Positions 1 through 7,955 are shown, counted from the first letter of the stretch. The stretch: 32,000 nt of DNA from Candidatus Saccharimonadota bacterium (GCA_023898425.1 CP060222.1:120001-152000), one strand, 5' to 3'. Notes: a model not told the origin generated them from the sequence alone. Translations and numbers: made by a program.

Positions 1-366
1 AAAGAATTTGGTGAAGACATCTTGTCTCATGCTGTTGTTCGTCAAACGCTACTGTCTGACAAAGAGATTGTTGTTGTGGATGGTATTCGCCGATTAGAAG
101 ATATTATGGCATTTGAGCCTTTACCTCAGTTTGTTTTGATAGGTGTTGATGCCCCAGCAGAAATCCGCTTTGAACGTATGAAAAAACGCGGTGAAAAGGC
201 AACTGAGTCTGATATGACATGGGAGCAGTTTCAACGAGAAGAGCAAGCGCCCACGGAGACTACGATCCCTGCTGTCATGAAACGAGCTACTATCACACTT
301 GATAATTCAGGCACGCAAGAAGAGTTGGTAAAAAAGATCGAAGCATTTCTACAAACGTTAAAATAA
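1..366 (+). CDS. Small P-loop nucleotide/nucleoside kinase-like protein (dephospho-CoA-kinase / adenylate-kinase-like class), C-terminal part; the 5' end lies outside the window
   Basis: The frame is open from base 1 (KEFGEDILSH...) to TAA at 364-366. The pattern VVVDGIRRLEDI...VLIGVDAPAEIRFERMKKRG...TWEQFQREE resembles small archaeal/bacterial kinase-like ATPases. A hairpin terminator follows. Confidence 0.45.
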   Translation, partial: KEFGEDILSHAVVRQTLLSDKEIVVVDGIRRLEDIMAFEPLPQFVLIGVDAPAEIRFERMKKRGEKATESDMTWEQFQREEQAPTETTIPAVMKRATITLDNSGTQEELVKKIEAFLQTLK

Positions 367-371
367 GAAAG

Positions 372-399
372 ACCCTGCGCCATATGGTGCAGGGTTTTG
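372..399. terminator. Bidirectional hairpin terminator between the kinase-like gene (+) and the P450 gene (-)
   Basis: ACCCTGCGCCA-TA-TGGTGCAGGGT stem followed by TTTT on the plus strand; A-rich on the other side. Confidence 0.6.
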
Positions 400-420
400 T
401 ATTTCTCTTGCGAGAAACGT

Positions 421-1767
421 TCAGTTGAAGGTTATTGGCTTGATGCCAACGATGATGTTTTTCTTTGCATACGTGAGGTGCACGCACACATACTTTTTTT
501 CGATCCCCGAAGGGAGCGAAAACTCGAATTCAGAAAGAAGTCGCTTATTGATACGCGTAATGATTTTACGCGTAGGTTTTTGTGCAGGGCAGCCAAAGGC
601 GCCTTTACCAAAAGTGATCGGTTTCTCTACGCTCTTGTCGTAGTAACGAAACGGATGAAACTCCTCTGGAGATTCGAAGAGGTCAGGATCGTGATTGATG
701 CCCATGGTGAAGACACCAATGAACCCCTTGTCAGGGAGTCTCCACGTCTTATCGCCAATCGTCACTTCTTGTGCGCTATCGGGATTGCGAATCACAGAAG
801 AGATTGGATTGATACGAATCGTCTCTGTGAGGCAGTGCTCGAGAAGAGTCTGACGTTCGTTATCGGTTGACGCCGCGAACGCCTGGAGCACCTCGGTATT
901 ACCTAAGATGTCCACCATATTCCACATGCCGTAGGCACCGGGATAGGTCATGGCATTCCACACCGTCCACATCACGAACCACGGAAGATCGCGATCGTTG
1001 ATAGGTGCATCATTGACGATAACCTTGCGCATCTCTTTGTAGAACCATGTCTGTTGGACCTCTGGGTCTTGCATGGCAGTACGAAGAAAAGTTTCGACGC
1101 GCTTAGTGGCACGGTATTTGCTATCAAGTCGACCACGAAGGATGGTCCCAGTGGTGTGCGGGATCTCAATACCATCGGCAATCTCGCGCATATCCTTACG
1201 GATAGTGCGAATCTTGACCCACAAATCCATACCAAGAATGGCGGCGCACGCAGCCTCGTGATAGAGCTCAACGAGTTCGGTGGTAAAGTTGATAGCCTCT
1301 TGATGACGCCATGTCTCGAGATAGGTCTCAAGCACGGCATCAATCGAGCTATCCATCTGCTGGACTCGATCCTTTGAGAAAAGGACATTGGCCATGAACT
1401 GACGTCCAGGAATCACGAGCTTCTGCACGTAGTCTGGATCATCTGATGTCTTATCAAACCAGTATCCCACCGTAGGGATTTTGGCGATAACAGCACCGAT
1501 ACGCATTCGGTCGGCTGGCTGCTTCATGAACCAGTCTTAAAAGGCGCGCGGTGAATAGGTCTTGTCTCCGAAGAGATACGTCAGGTCAAAAACACCTGCG
1601 TTCCAGATAGACACCGGACCATACTTTGCCGAGGTTTCTTTTGCGAGACCAACCGGATTGAAGATGATGTTGGGAATTCTGGATGCTGACAACACGCGAT
1701 TGATGACACCTTGTCCTGGTGCAGCATAGTTGGGGGTAAGGACGACAGGAGTCGTTTGCTGATTCAC
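421..1767 (-). pseudogene. Cytochrome P450 interrupted by a single in-frame TAA (complement of 1537-1539). N-part is 1540-1767, C-part is 421-1527.
   Basis: The two minus-strand ORFs are in the same frame and read ...YSPRAF*DWFMKQPADR. The C-part has a K-helix ExxR (ETIR), a meander PEEFHPFRY and a heme-thiolate loop FGKGAFGCPAQ. The N-part has the typical P-rich/KYGPV start. Combined length is about 448 codons. AGAGG lies 5 nt before the GTG start at 1767. Confidence 0.7.
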
Positions 1768-1932
1768 GGGAACCTCTTTGTCTTTTGTTTTGACACATGA
1801 TGACCTGTTTTTAAGTGCACGAACGTTTATCGTTTGCTTAGAAACATGTCATCGGCGAGGAGTATATCTTGTGAGTATTCGTCCTACAATCAAAATGGCA
1901 TATTTTTTGTGGATAAATATTTTTCTTCAAAG

Positions 1933-1963
1933 AAAAAAAAGCAGCAAACATTTTGTTTGCTGC
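1933..1963 (-). terminator. Intrinsic terminator after the oxygenase-domain gene
   Basis: Minus-strand hairpin GCAGCAAAC/GTTTGCTGC followed by a run of 8 T (plus-strand A-run 1933-1940). Confidence 0.6.
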
Positions 1964-1977
1964 TAGGTCTTATCAAG

Positions 1978-2493
1978 TCATTTCGCAAATGTACGGAAGA
2001 TTTTTATCGCTGTGTCGCTTGGCTCGAGATGAGGCTTCGGAAAGCGCTTCGTGGGTCCTTCGATAACAGATTTGTCTCGATAAAACTCACGAGTAGTGAG
2101 TCGTTTTGCCATCATTGAGAACCCATGACAGGCGATGTTTGGCAGCAGAGGCGCAGAAGCACGAACGTCTATGCGAATAGTCGTTTCTTTGTCGGCTATT
2201 GCCTCAGCTTCATACGATACGCGATAATTGATGCCAAGATCTTTGGTGTCAATTGTTGCTTGCCATCTCGTCTCACTTATTCTTGTTACGGTGTAGTGAT
2301 AAACGATGGTGCGTTTTAAAAACCTACCATAACACAATGAGTAGACGGCGGTGTATTGATTGTCCTGGTACGAGCAGTGAATGAGCTTCGGGTTAGAGTA
2401 GTGACCATGAATTGGTTCAAAATGATCAAAGTCAACGTGATTTTCAAAGAACACCTGAGGTAAGCAGTTGATGACATGAGTTGGCATGATCAC
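1978..2493 (-). CDS. Rieske-type (non-heme iron) oxygenase catalytic-domain protein lacking the Rieske [2Fe-2S] domain
   Basis: The N-terminus carries ENHVDFDHFEPIH, which fits E-x3-D-x2-H-x4-H, the mononuclear-iron motif of Rieske oxygenase alpha subunits. A later FYRDKSVIEG could hold the Asp ligand. AAGGAG precedes the start; ATG at 2487 (8-nt spacing) is more likely than GTG at 2493. Confidence 0.5.
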   Translation of the reverse strand: MIMPTHVINCLPQVFFENHVDFDHFEPIHGHYSNPKLIHCSYQDNQYTAVYSLCYGRFLKRTIVYHYTVTRISETRWQATIDTKDLGINYRVSYEAEAIADKETTIRIDVRASAPLLPNIACHGFSMMAKRLTTREFYRDKSVIEGPTKRFPKPHLEPSDTAIKIFRTFAK

Positions 2494-2523
2494 ATCTCCT
2501 TTTCGGACGCGGGTAGCCTAGCA

Positions 2524-2560
2524 CAAAAGAAATAGCCAAGGAATGAGAGTTCCTTGGCTA
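2524..2560 (-). terminator. Intrinsic terminator after the dCTP-deaminase-like gene
   Basis: 11-bp stem TAGCCAAGGAA/TTCCTTGGCTA with a 6-nt loop, followed on the minus strand by TTTCTTTTGT. Confidence 0.65.
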
Positions 2561-2566
2561 GATAGC

Positions 2567-3682
2567 TCAGCTTTCTCGAAAGAATTTTGCGAGCTTAATA
2601 TCATCTTGAATGCCGTAATTTGAGTTGATGCCCGATCCATACATCGTCTCGGGTTCGCGCAGCATTTTTTCGTAGGCCATAATGCAGATCGGTTGCCCGT
2701 CTCGTAGGACGGTAGAGCTGCTATGTACTTCGACTTCAAGTACGGCAACATTGCCCTTGATTGAAGTGTCACCATCCGCACGCCAACCAAAACCAGGATC
2801 AAAGAATCCGGCAAAGTGCGTAAAGAGATTACCGATCGTCGCATTGTACTGCACCATTTCCGCTGCGTAGCAGGGTGGGATGCTGATGCGTTCTTTTGTC
2901 CCTAGGAGATAGAATTCTCCAGGCTTGAGTACGAGTTCATCGTTGGCTGGCCTGTGAATTGCCTCAAAGTAGTCATTCGGATTCGCACTCTTGAGTTGAC
3001 TCAGATCCACGGCTCGCCAGTGGTTTTTGGATCGATAGGCGATGATCTCATTTGAGCTCAGATCTACCGTCATCAAAACACCGTCCGGCGTGATGTGATC
3101 AGCCCCCGGTAGAGCAGATCCGTCTCGCGCCCGAAGGAGATTGTATTTTGCAAATGCCATCTCATGTTCAATGACGTTAAGTCTTCCGTCGCCATAAAAC
3201 AGCCGAAGCTGATTGAGACACATCTTTTCAGAAAGAATAATGTCGAAGGATTTCGGTACAACCTCGATCCAGAGATCGCCATGATATCCTTTGGGGATAT
3301 AATCGTAGCGAGAAACCTTGTCTGCAAGGAGGCGACATCTCGCGTCAACGCGTCCGGTTGAGCTCTTGCTACTAGACGATCCATCAACCGATTCGCGGAG
3401 CTTTAGACTAACTGCAAGACGGATCAGATGCACATCATCACGGCGCAACGGTGTGCCTATCGGGATCCGATCTCCGATAGATCCGCGTTTTACGAGGTCA
3501 CTAATGCTCTCCTGCGGTCGTGGCAAAAAAGATCCACGCATCCGATAGACTTCCTCAATGGAAATAGGTAGATCCATAGAAGACGGTTGCAAATGTTCCT
3601 CATTAGCACCGATGATTTCACCGCGCTCAATAAGCTCACGAAGTGTTTGAATGGGGAGGGTGCCATAAGTTGCTCGTGTCAC
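2567..3682 (-). CDS. 2'-deoxycytidine 5'-triphosphate deaminase-like protein, long tandem-domain form (dUTPase/Dcd superfamily)
   Basis: 371 aa. Motifs: LQPSSMDL near the N-terminus, SKSSTGRVD, YAAEM, HFAGFFDPGFGW, AVLEVEV, and a C-terminal YGS..NSNY...KLAKFF. All are typical of the ~360-aa Dcd-like family. GTG start preceded by AGAGGTG. Confidence 0.7.
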   Translation of the reverse strand: MTRATYGTLPIQTLRELIERGEIIGANEEHLQPSSMDLPISIEEVYRMRGSFLPRPQESISDLVKRGSIGDRIPIGTPLRRDDVHLIRLAVSLKLRESVDGSSSSKSSTGRVDARCRLLADKVSRYDYIPKGYHGDLWIEVVPKSFDIILSEKMCLNQLRLFYGDGRLNVIEHEMAFAKYNLLRARDGSALPGADHITPDGVLMTVDLSSNEIIAYRSKNHWRAVDLSQLKSANPNDYFEAIHRPANDELVLKPGEFYLLGTKERISIPPCYAAEMVQYNATIGNLFTHFAGFFDPGFGWRADGDTSIKGNVAVLEVEVHSSSTVLRDGQPICIMAYEKMLREPETMYGSGINSNYGIQDDIKLAKFFRES

Positions 3683-3746
3683 GATACACCTCTTTCAAAG
3701 GTTCAAGTCTCATGCATCTAAGCACTTTAGAAAAAACCTCGCAAAT

Positions 3747-3779
3747 CAAAAACCCTCTCACGAATGTAAGAGGGTTTTT
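3747..3779 (-). terminator. Terminator after rplA (bidirectional hairpin)
   Basis: AAAAACCCTCT-loop-AGAGGGTTTTT, 6 nt below the rplA stop. Confidence 0.65.
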
Positions 3780-3785
3780 ATGAAT

Positions 3786-4475
3786 TTACGCGATCTTTGC
3801 TGTATCGATTTTGATACCAGGACCCATGGTCGTGGAGATCGTAACAGACTTGAGATAGGTACCTTTTGCAGAAGCTGGCTTAGCCTTTTTAACAGCGTCG
3901 AGAAGAGTATTGAAGTTCTCGAGGAGTTCTTTGGTGCCGAGCTCTGTTTTACCAACAGCCTGATGAAGGTTTGCGGTATTGTCGGTTTTGAAAGCGACTT
4001 TACCTTTTTTCACATCTTCGATCATTTTCTTGACGTTAGCACCAACGGTATCTGTTTTTGGGTTAGGCATGAGACCGGTTGGACCAAGGATCTTTGCGAC
4101 CTTAGCAAGCTTAGGCATCATGTCTGGTGTTGCTACTGCAACGTCAAAGTCGATTTTACCGGTACGAGCGAGTTCAGTGATGTATTCTTCGCCAGCGACA
4201 ATGTCAGCACCTGCTTCTTTTGCGACGGCCTCGTTACCGCCGGAGACAAAAGCGATAACACGTTTTGCTTTACCAATGGAGTGAGGGAAGATGAGGGTTG
4301 AGCGAACTTGTTGGTCGCCTTTACGGACATCGATACCGAGATTGATATGAACTTCGACAGAACCAACGAATTTGGTTGTTGAAGATTTTTTAGCGAGTTC
4401 AAGGGCTTCTTCTGGTGAGTAGAGCTTGTTCGCATCAATAAGCTTTGCAGCTTCTACGTAGCGTTTGCTTGGCAT
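3786..4475 (-). CDS. rplA: 50S ribosomal protein L1 (uL1)
   Basis: 229 aa: MPSKRYVEAAKLID..., VEVHINLGID, GLMPNPKTDTV, typical uL1. Confidence 0.96.
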   Translation of the reverse strand: MPSKRYVEAAKLIDANKLYSPEEALELAKKSSTTKFVGSVEVHINLGIDVRKGDQQVRSTLIFPHSIGKAKRVIAFVSGGNEAVAKEAGADIVAGEEYITELARTGKIDFDVAVATPDMMPKLAKVAKILGPTGLMPNPKTDTVGANVKKMIEDVKKGKVAFKTDNTANLHQAVGKTELGTKELLENFNTLLDAVKKAKPASAKGTYLKSVTISTTMGPGIKIDTAKIA

Positions 4476-4483
4476 AGTGGTTC

Positions 4484-4502
4484 GGACGGCATATAGCCTT
4501 CC
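4484..4502 (-). promoter_or_regulatory. Small hairpin 9-27 nt upstream of the rplA AUG (possible L1 autoregulatory or translation-control element)
   Basis: Minus-strand RNA GGAAGGC-UAUAU-GCCGUCC, a 7-bp stem with one mismatch. The assigned function is speculative. Confidence 0.2.
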
Positions 4503-4540
4503 ACGTTAGTTTTTAGTGGCTGGATGGTAGCTTATAATGG

Positions 4541-5668
4541 TTAATTTGGCAAGGTTAAGAGCTTTTCGTGAGCCTCTAAGGTCTTTTGAAGAGGGAATCG
4601 TTCTGTGACGACGCGACGCGCTTGGTGGCCAAAGGCTTCGCGTGAGTCCGGGTCTCTTTCGATGCGTAACATAGCTCTGGCGAGATGTTCTGGGTTATGA
4701 GCGTCTACGATGAGTCCGGCGTCAGGCTCTATCATCCAACGCATAGCACCGACATCTGAGACAATGCAGGGGAGTGAAGCTGCCATAGCTTCGAGGAGCG
4801 AGATAGGCATCCCTTCTTTGGCGGATGGTAATGCGTAGGCATCAAAAGCTGCGAGATATTGCGAGGCATTTTCTTTGGCGCCGAGCAAGATGAAATACGA
4901 ATCTGCGCCGGTGGTTTGAATGGCGTTTTCGGTTTCAGTACGCAAAGGTCCATCACCGATAATTGCGACTACTCCGGTGCCGCCGAGTTCACGATAGCGC
5001 TTTGTTGCAAGTATGAAATTTGGTACATCTTTGGCAGGATAAAAATTCGCGATTGAACCGAAGATGAAATCTGAGCGACGGAGGCCTAGGGTTTCACGAG
5101 CGATTTCACGCGTGAGAAGCTGCGCATCAAAACTCGCGACGTCCACACCATTTGGAATAGAAAGAAGTTGTTGCTTTGGTTGAATGCCTTCACGCTTTGC
5201 CGCATCAACATCACCCGGATGCACGCAAACAATAACGTCACGAAACTTTGCGGCGATGCGTTCAGCAAAAATAATCATCGTACGTTTTGTTTTTGACATT
5301 GGTTCGAGAAAAGCCCAACCACCAATGCAATACACAATATTTTTTATACCTGAAAAATATCCAGCAAGAGAACCAAGTACACCCATCTTTGAGCTATTAA
5401 GATGTATGGCATTAGGTTTGAGTGCTTTGAGTATCTGCGTAAGTTCAATAAGTGCGCGTATATCTTTGTATGGATGGAGCTCGCGTTGCATCCAATGTAA
5501 TCGATGAAAGGGGATTTGTTCCGCAGTACATTTTTCGACAAGCCACTCACCGTCACCGGCAAGTACATGTACTTCATGACCAGCTCGTTTCAAAAAACGT
5601 GCCAAATCAAAAACGAAGACGGTAGCACCGCCCGGAACGGCTCGTGTGATGCAAATGGCAAATTTCAT
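4541..5668 (-). CDS. Glycosyltransferase, GT-B fold, family 4-like
   Basis: 375 aa. The N-terminal MKFAICITRAVPGGATVFV pattern and the C-terminal PSAKEGMPISLLEAMAASLPCIVSDVG (E-x7-E region) are typical of GT4 retaining transferases. Confidence 0.8.
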   Translation of the reverse strand: MKFAICITRAVPGGATVFVFDLARFLKRAGHEVHVLAGDGEWLVEKCTAEQIPFHRLHWMQRELHPYKDIRALIELTQILKALKPNAIHLNSSKMGVLGSLAGYFSGIKNIVYCIGGWAFLEPMSKTKRTMIIFAERIAAKFRDVIVCVHPGDVDAAKREGIQPKQQLLSIPNGVDVASFDAQLLTREIARETLGLRRSDFIFGSIANFYPAKDVPNFILATKRYRELGGTGVVAIIGDGPLRTETENAIQTTGADSYFILLGAKENASQYLAAFDAYALPSAKEGMPISLLEAMAASLPCIVSDVGAMRWMIEPDAGLIVDAHNPEHLARAMLRIERDPDSREAFGHQARRVVTERFPLQKTLEAHEKLLTLPN

Positions 5669-5677
5669 AGATATACA

Positions 5678-5703
5678 AAGAGCGTGCTTTGAAACACGCT
5701 CTT
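5678..5703 (-). terminator. Hairpin between the rplK stop and the glycosyltransferase start (weak terminator or processing/attenuation site)
   Basis: 9-bp stem AAGAGCGTG/CACGCTCTT. The downstream minus-strand tail UGUAUAUCU is only partly U-rich, and the next AUG follows 9 nt later. Confidence 0.35.
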
Positions 5704-5714
5704 CGTCAAATCTT

Positions 5715-6140
5715 TTATTCGGAAACGGTGATACCCATGTTGCGTGCTGTGCCCTCGATTTGCTTCATAGCAGATTCGATGGTGGAGCAGTTAAGGTCAG
5801 GCATTTTGATTTCGGCAATTTCACGGACTTGTGCTTTGGTGACCTTACCAACTTTGTCGGTGTGAGGCTTACCAGAACCAGAAGTGATATTTGCTGCCTT
5901 CATCAAAAGAGCTGATGCAGGTGCCGTTTTGAGAATGAAGTCGTAAGTACGATCTTCATAAAGTGAGATGATTGCTGGTACAACTTCGCCCATACGATCC
6001 TGTGTAGCTGCATTAATGCGCTGACAGAACTCGGCGATGTTCATACCGTGCTGACCAAGGGCAGGACCGAGTGGAGGTGCTGGAGTTGCACGGCCACCGA
6101 TGACCTGGACCTTGATATAGGTCTTTACTTTTTTAGCCAT
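5715..6140 (-). CDS. rplK: 50S ribosomal protein L11 (uL11)
   Basis: 141 aa: [21 protein letters not shown] and KTAPASALL motifs. Confidence 0.97.
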   Translation of the reverse strand: MAKKVKTYIKVQVIGGRATPAPPLGPALGQHGMNIAEFCQRINAATQDRMGEVVPAIISLYEDRTYDFILKTAPASALLMKAANITSGSGKPHTDKVGKVTKAQVREIAEIKMPDLNCSTIESAMKQIEGTARNMGITVSE

Positions 6141-6189
6141 AGTAGTGTTGTTGAAGGGTTATCCAAGTGTCGCCGCAACAAGTGAATAA

Positions 6190-6236
6190 GGGAGACGGAG
6201 CGAGAAGCGTGCCGTGCGGGCGGCCTCTCCGGTCCC
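6190..6236 (-). promoter_or_regulatory. GC-rich multi-tier hairpin in the nusG-rplK spacer (candidate rplK leader / L1-binding or attenuator structure)
   Basis: GGGA..CGGAG...(GCCG-loop-CGGC)...CTCCG..TCCC. It is markedly more GC-rich than its flanks. No clean U-tract follows. Confidence 0.3.
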
Positions 6237-6250
6237 AAAAGTGAATTGGT

Positions 6251-6802
6251 TTATATCTTTTTCATCTGGGAGAAGTCAAGTTCGAGCGGTGTTTCACGTC
6301 CAAACATGCTTACCAAGACTTTGGCTTTGCCACGAGTAGCATCAATCTCATTGATCTTGCCTTCGAAGCCTTTAAATGGTCCATCGCCAATTTTGACAGC
6401 CATCCCTACCTGAAGATCAATGGTTACTTCTGGTTCAGCAGTGGTTGCCTCAGCACGTTTTAAGAGTGCATCGACTTCAGCTTGTGAAAGTGGTGACGGG
6501 GTATTACCCATACCAATAAAGCCAGTGACATTAGGTGTATTACGCACAACGTACCAAGAATCATCGGTGACGTTCATTTCTACGAGTACGTAACCCGGAA
6601 AAACTTTTTCTTCGACAACGCGACGTTTGCCGTTTTTAATTTTTACCTTTTTTTCTTTTGGAACAATGATATTAAAGATGAAGTCTTTCATGCCAAGCGC
6701 TTCGATGCGCTGCATGAGGCTTTCGGCGACATTCTCTTCATATCCTGAGTAGGTATGGACGGCGTACCATCGTCGTCCATAGGAGGCGGTTTGTTTTGCC
6801 AT
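6251..6802 (-). CDS. nusG: Transcription termination/antitermination factor NusG
   Basis: 183 aa. NGN start RWYAVHTYSGYE and a C-terminal KOW (VGMAVKIGDGPFKGFEGKINEID). Confidence 0.95.
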   Translation of the reverse strand: MAKQTASYGRRWYAVHTYSGYEENVAESLMQRIEALGMKDFIFNIIVPKEKKVKIKNGKRRVVEEKVFPGYVLVEMNVTDDSWYVVRNTPNVTGFIGMGNTPSPLSQAEVDALLKRAEATTAEPEVTIDLQVGMAVKIGDGPFKGFEGKINEIDATRGKAKVLVSMFGRETPLELDFSQMKKI

Positions 6803-6825
6803 AGTTGTTTAGAAAAAAAAGTGCG

Positions 6826-7140
6826 TTAGTTGTTAGGTGTGCCTTCTGTAACGGGTTCTGTCGTTACATCTACGTTGTCTACCTTTAGATTTTCAACAGG
6901 AATTTCTGTTGTTTGTGTTTGTGGTGCCTGACTTGAGATACCACGTTTCTCAAGAATAAGATCTGTTACCTTAGTAAGACCAAAGTCGATAGAGGCAAAA
7001 AAAAGAGCGGTGCCTACAGCGATAAGAATTACTAATACAGAATAACGAATAACCTCTTTTTGTGTTGGCCAGGTGACTTTTGCAAGCTCAGCTCTTGAGG
7101 CAGAAAAGTAGTTCAAAATTGGGCGGATAGGGTTTTTCAT
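6826..7140 (-). CDS. secE: Preprotein translocase subunit SecE with a ~40-aa C-terminal tail
   Basis: 104 aa. ELAKVTWPT motif followed by one TM helix (VLVILIAVGTALFFASIDF). Sits in the position upstream of nusG. Confidence 0.85.
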   Translation of the reverse strand: MKNPIRPILNYFSASRAELAKVTWPTQKEVIRYSVLVILIAVGTALFFASIDFGLTKVTDLILEKRGISSQAPQTQTTEIPVENLKVDNVDVTTEPVTEGTPNN

Positions 7141-7301
7141 AAAGCGTGTTTTTTAAAAGCCCGCACAGGGCGGACCGATGGCTACAGGATAGCAAAAAGC
7201 GGGGAGTTTGTCCAATATTAGATCTATAAAGACATTGCTAGGTTATTTATTAGGTATTAAGGTAATCCTTGTTACGTTCTTTCCAACAAAAGGGGATAGC
7301 T

Positions 7302-7955
7302 ATGGGTGCCAAAGAATATATTCAAATCTTAGAACATCTAGGCGGCCTGATTCGCGAGAGCCATGTTGTCTATGCTTCTGGATTGCATGGTGACGCCTAT
7401 ATCAACAAAGACGCTTTGTACCCACATACGAACTATACAAAATGGTTTTGCGATGGTCTGGCGAAGGGGTTTGCCGACGAGTCGGTTGATGTTGTGGTCG
7501 GGCCAGAGCTCGGAGGAATCATTCTTTCACAACACGTAGCGCATCACCTTACTAATATGGCGGGGCGTGATATTTTATCACTCTACGCAGAAAAGCTTCG
7601 GGATGGAACCAAAGGATTCCATTTCAATCGCGGATATGACGCTTTTATTCGTGATAGTAATGTCCTCATCGTTGAGGATGTACTTACAACTGGCGGTAGC
7701 GTTCGTAAGGTTGTAGAGGCTGTACGCGCTTGTGGGGGAGTAGTGACAGGGGTCGCAGCGCTTTGTAATCGAGGCAACGTAACGTGTGAACAACTTGGTG
7801 GTGTGCCAAGACTTCATTCATTATTTGACCTTGAAATGAACAGTTATACCGAAGAAGAGTGTCCGCTCTGTGCAACAGGTATCCCGATCCGTACAGATAT
7901 TGGAAAGGGTGCGAGCTATCTCAAAAAGTTGAGATTTCACGCAAAGACAGAATAA
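7302..7955 (+). CDS. Type I phosphoribosyltransferase (orotate-PRTase-like)
   Basis: PRPP loop VLIVEDVLTTGGS. ATG at 7302 is preceded by AAAGGGG. The ORF track starts at TTG 7269, which has no better support. Confidence 0.75.
   Translation: MGAKEYIQILEHLGGLIRESHVVYASGLHGDAYINKDALYPHTNYTKWFCDGLAKGFADESVDVVVGPELGGIILSQHVAHHLTNMAGRDILSLYAEKLRDGTKGFHFNRGYDAFIRDSNVLIVEDVLTTGGSVRKVVEAVRACGGVVTGVAALCNRGNVTCEQLGGVPRLHSLFDLEMNSYTEEECPLCATGIPIRTDIGKGASYLKKLRFHAKTE

Noticed and set aside
1537-1539. Stop-codon reassignment as the explanation for the in-frame TAA in the P450 (and the TGA at 30607 in the orphan gene's upstream frame).
   Set aside because: TAA terminates nearly every r-protein gene here at the expected length. 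TGA ends the 8534 ORF, the M50 protease and the orphan gene, in two cases immediately followed by terminator hairpins. All conserved proteins have normal lengths under the standard code.
3693-3712. A tRNA T-loop-like GGTTCAAGTC string.
   Set aside because: The flanking bases cannot form a T-stem (AAAGG versus CTCAT), and no acceptor or anticodon arms are present.
7141-7301. An expected rpmG / tRNA-Trp upstream of secE.
   Set aside because: Neither strand shows tRNA cloverleaf elements or an L33-like ORF. The region appears to be a plain divergent promoter spacer.
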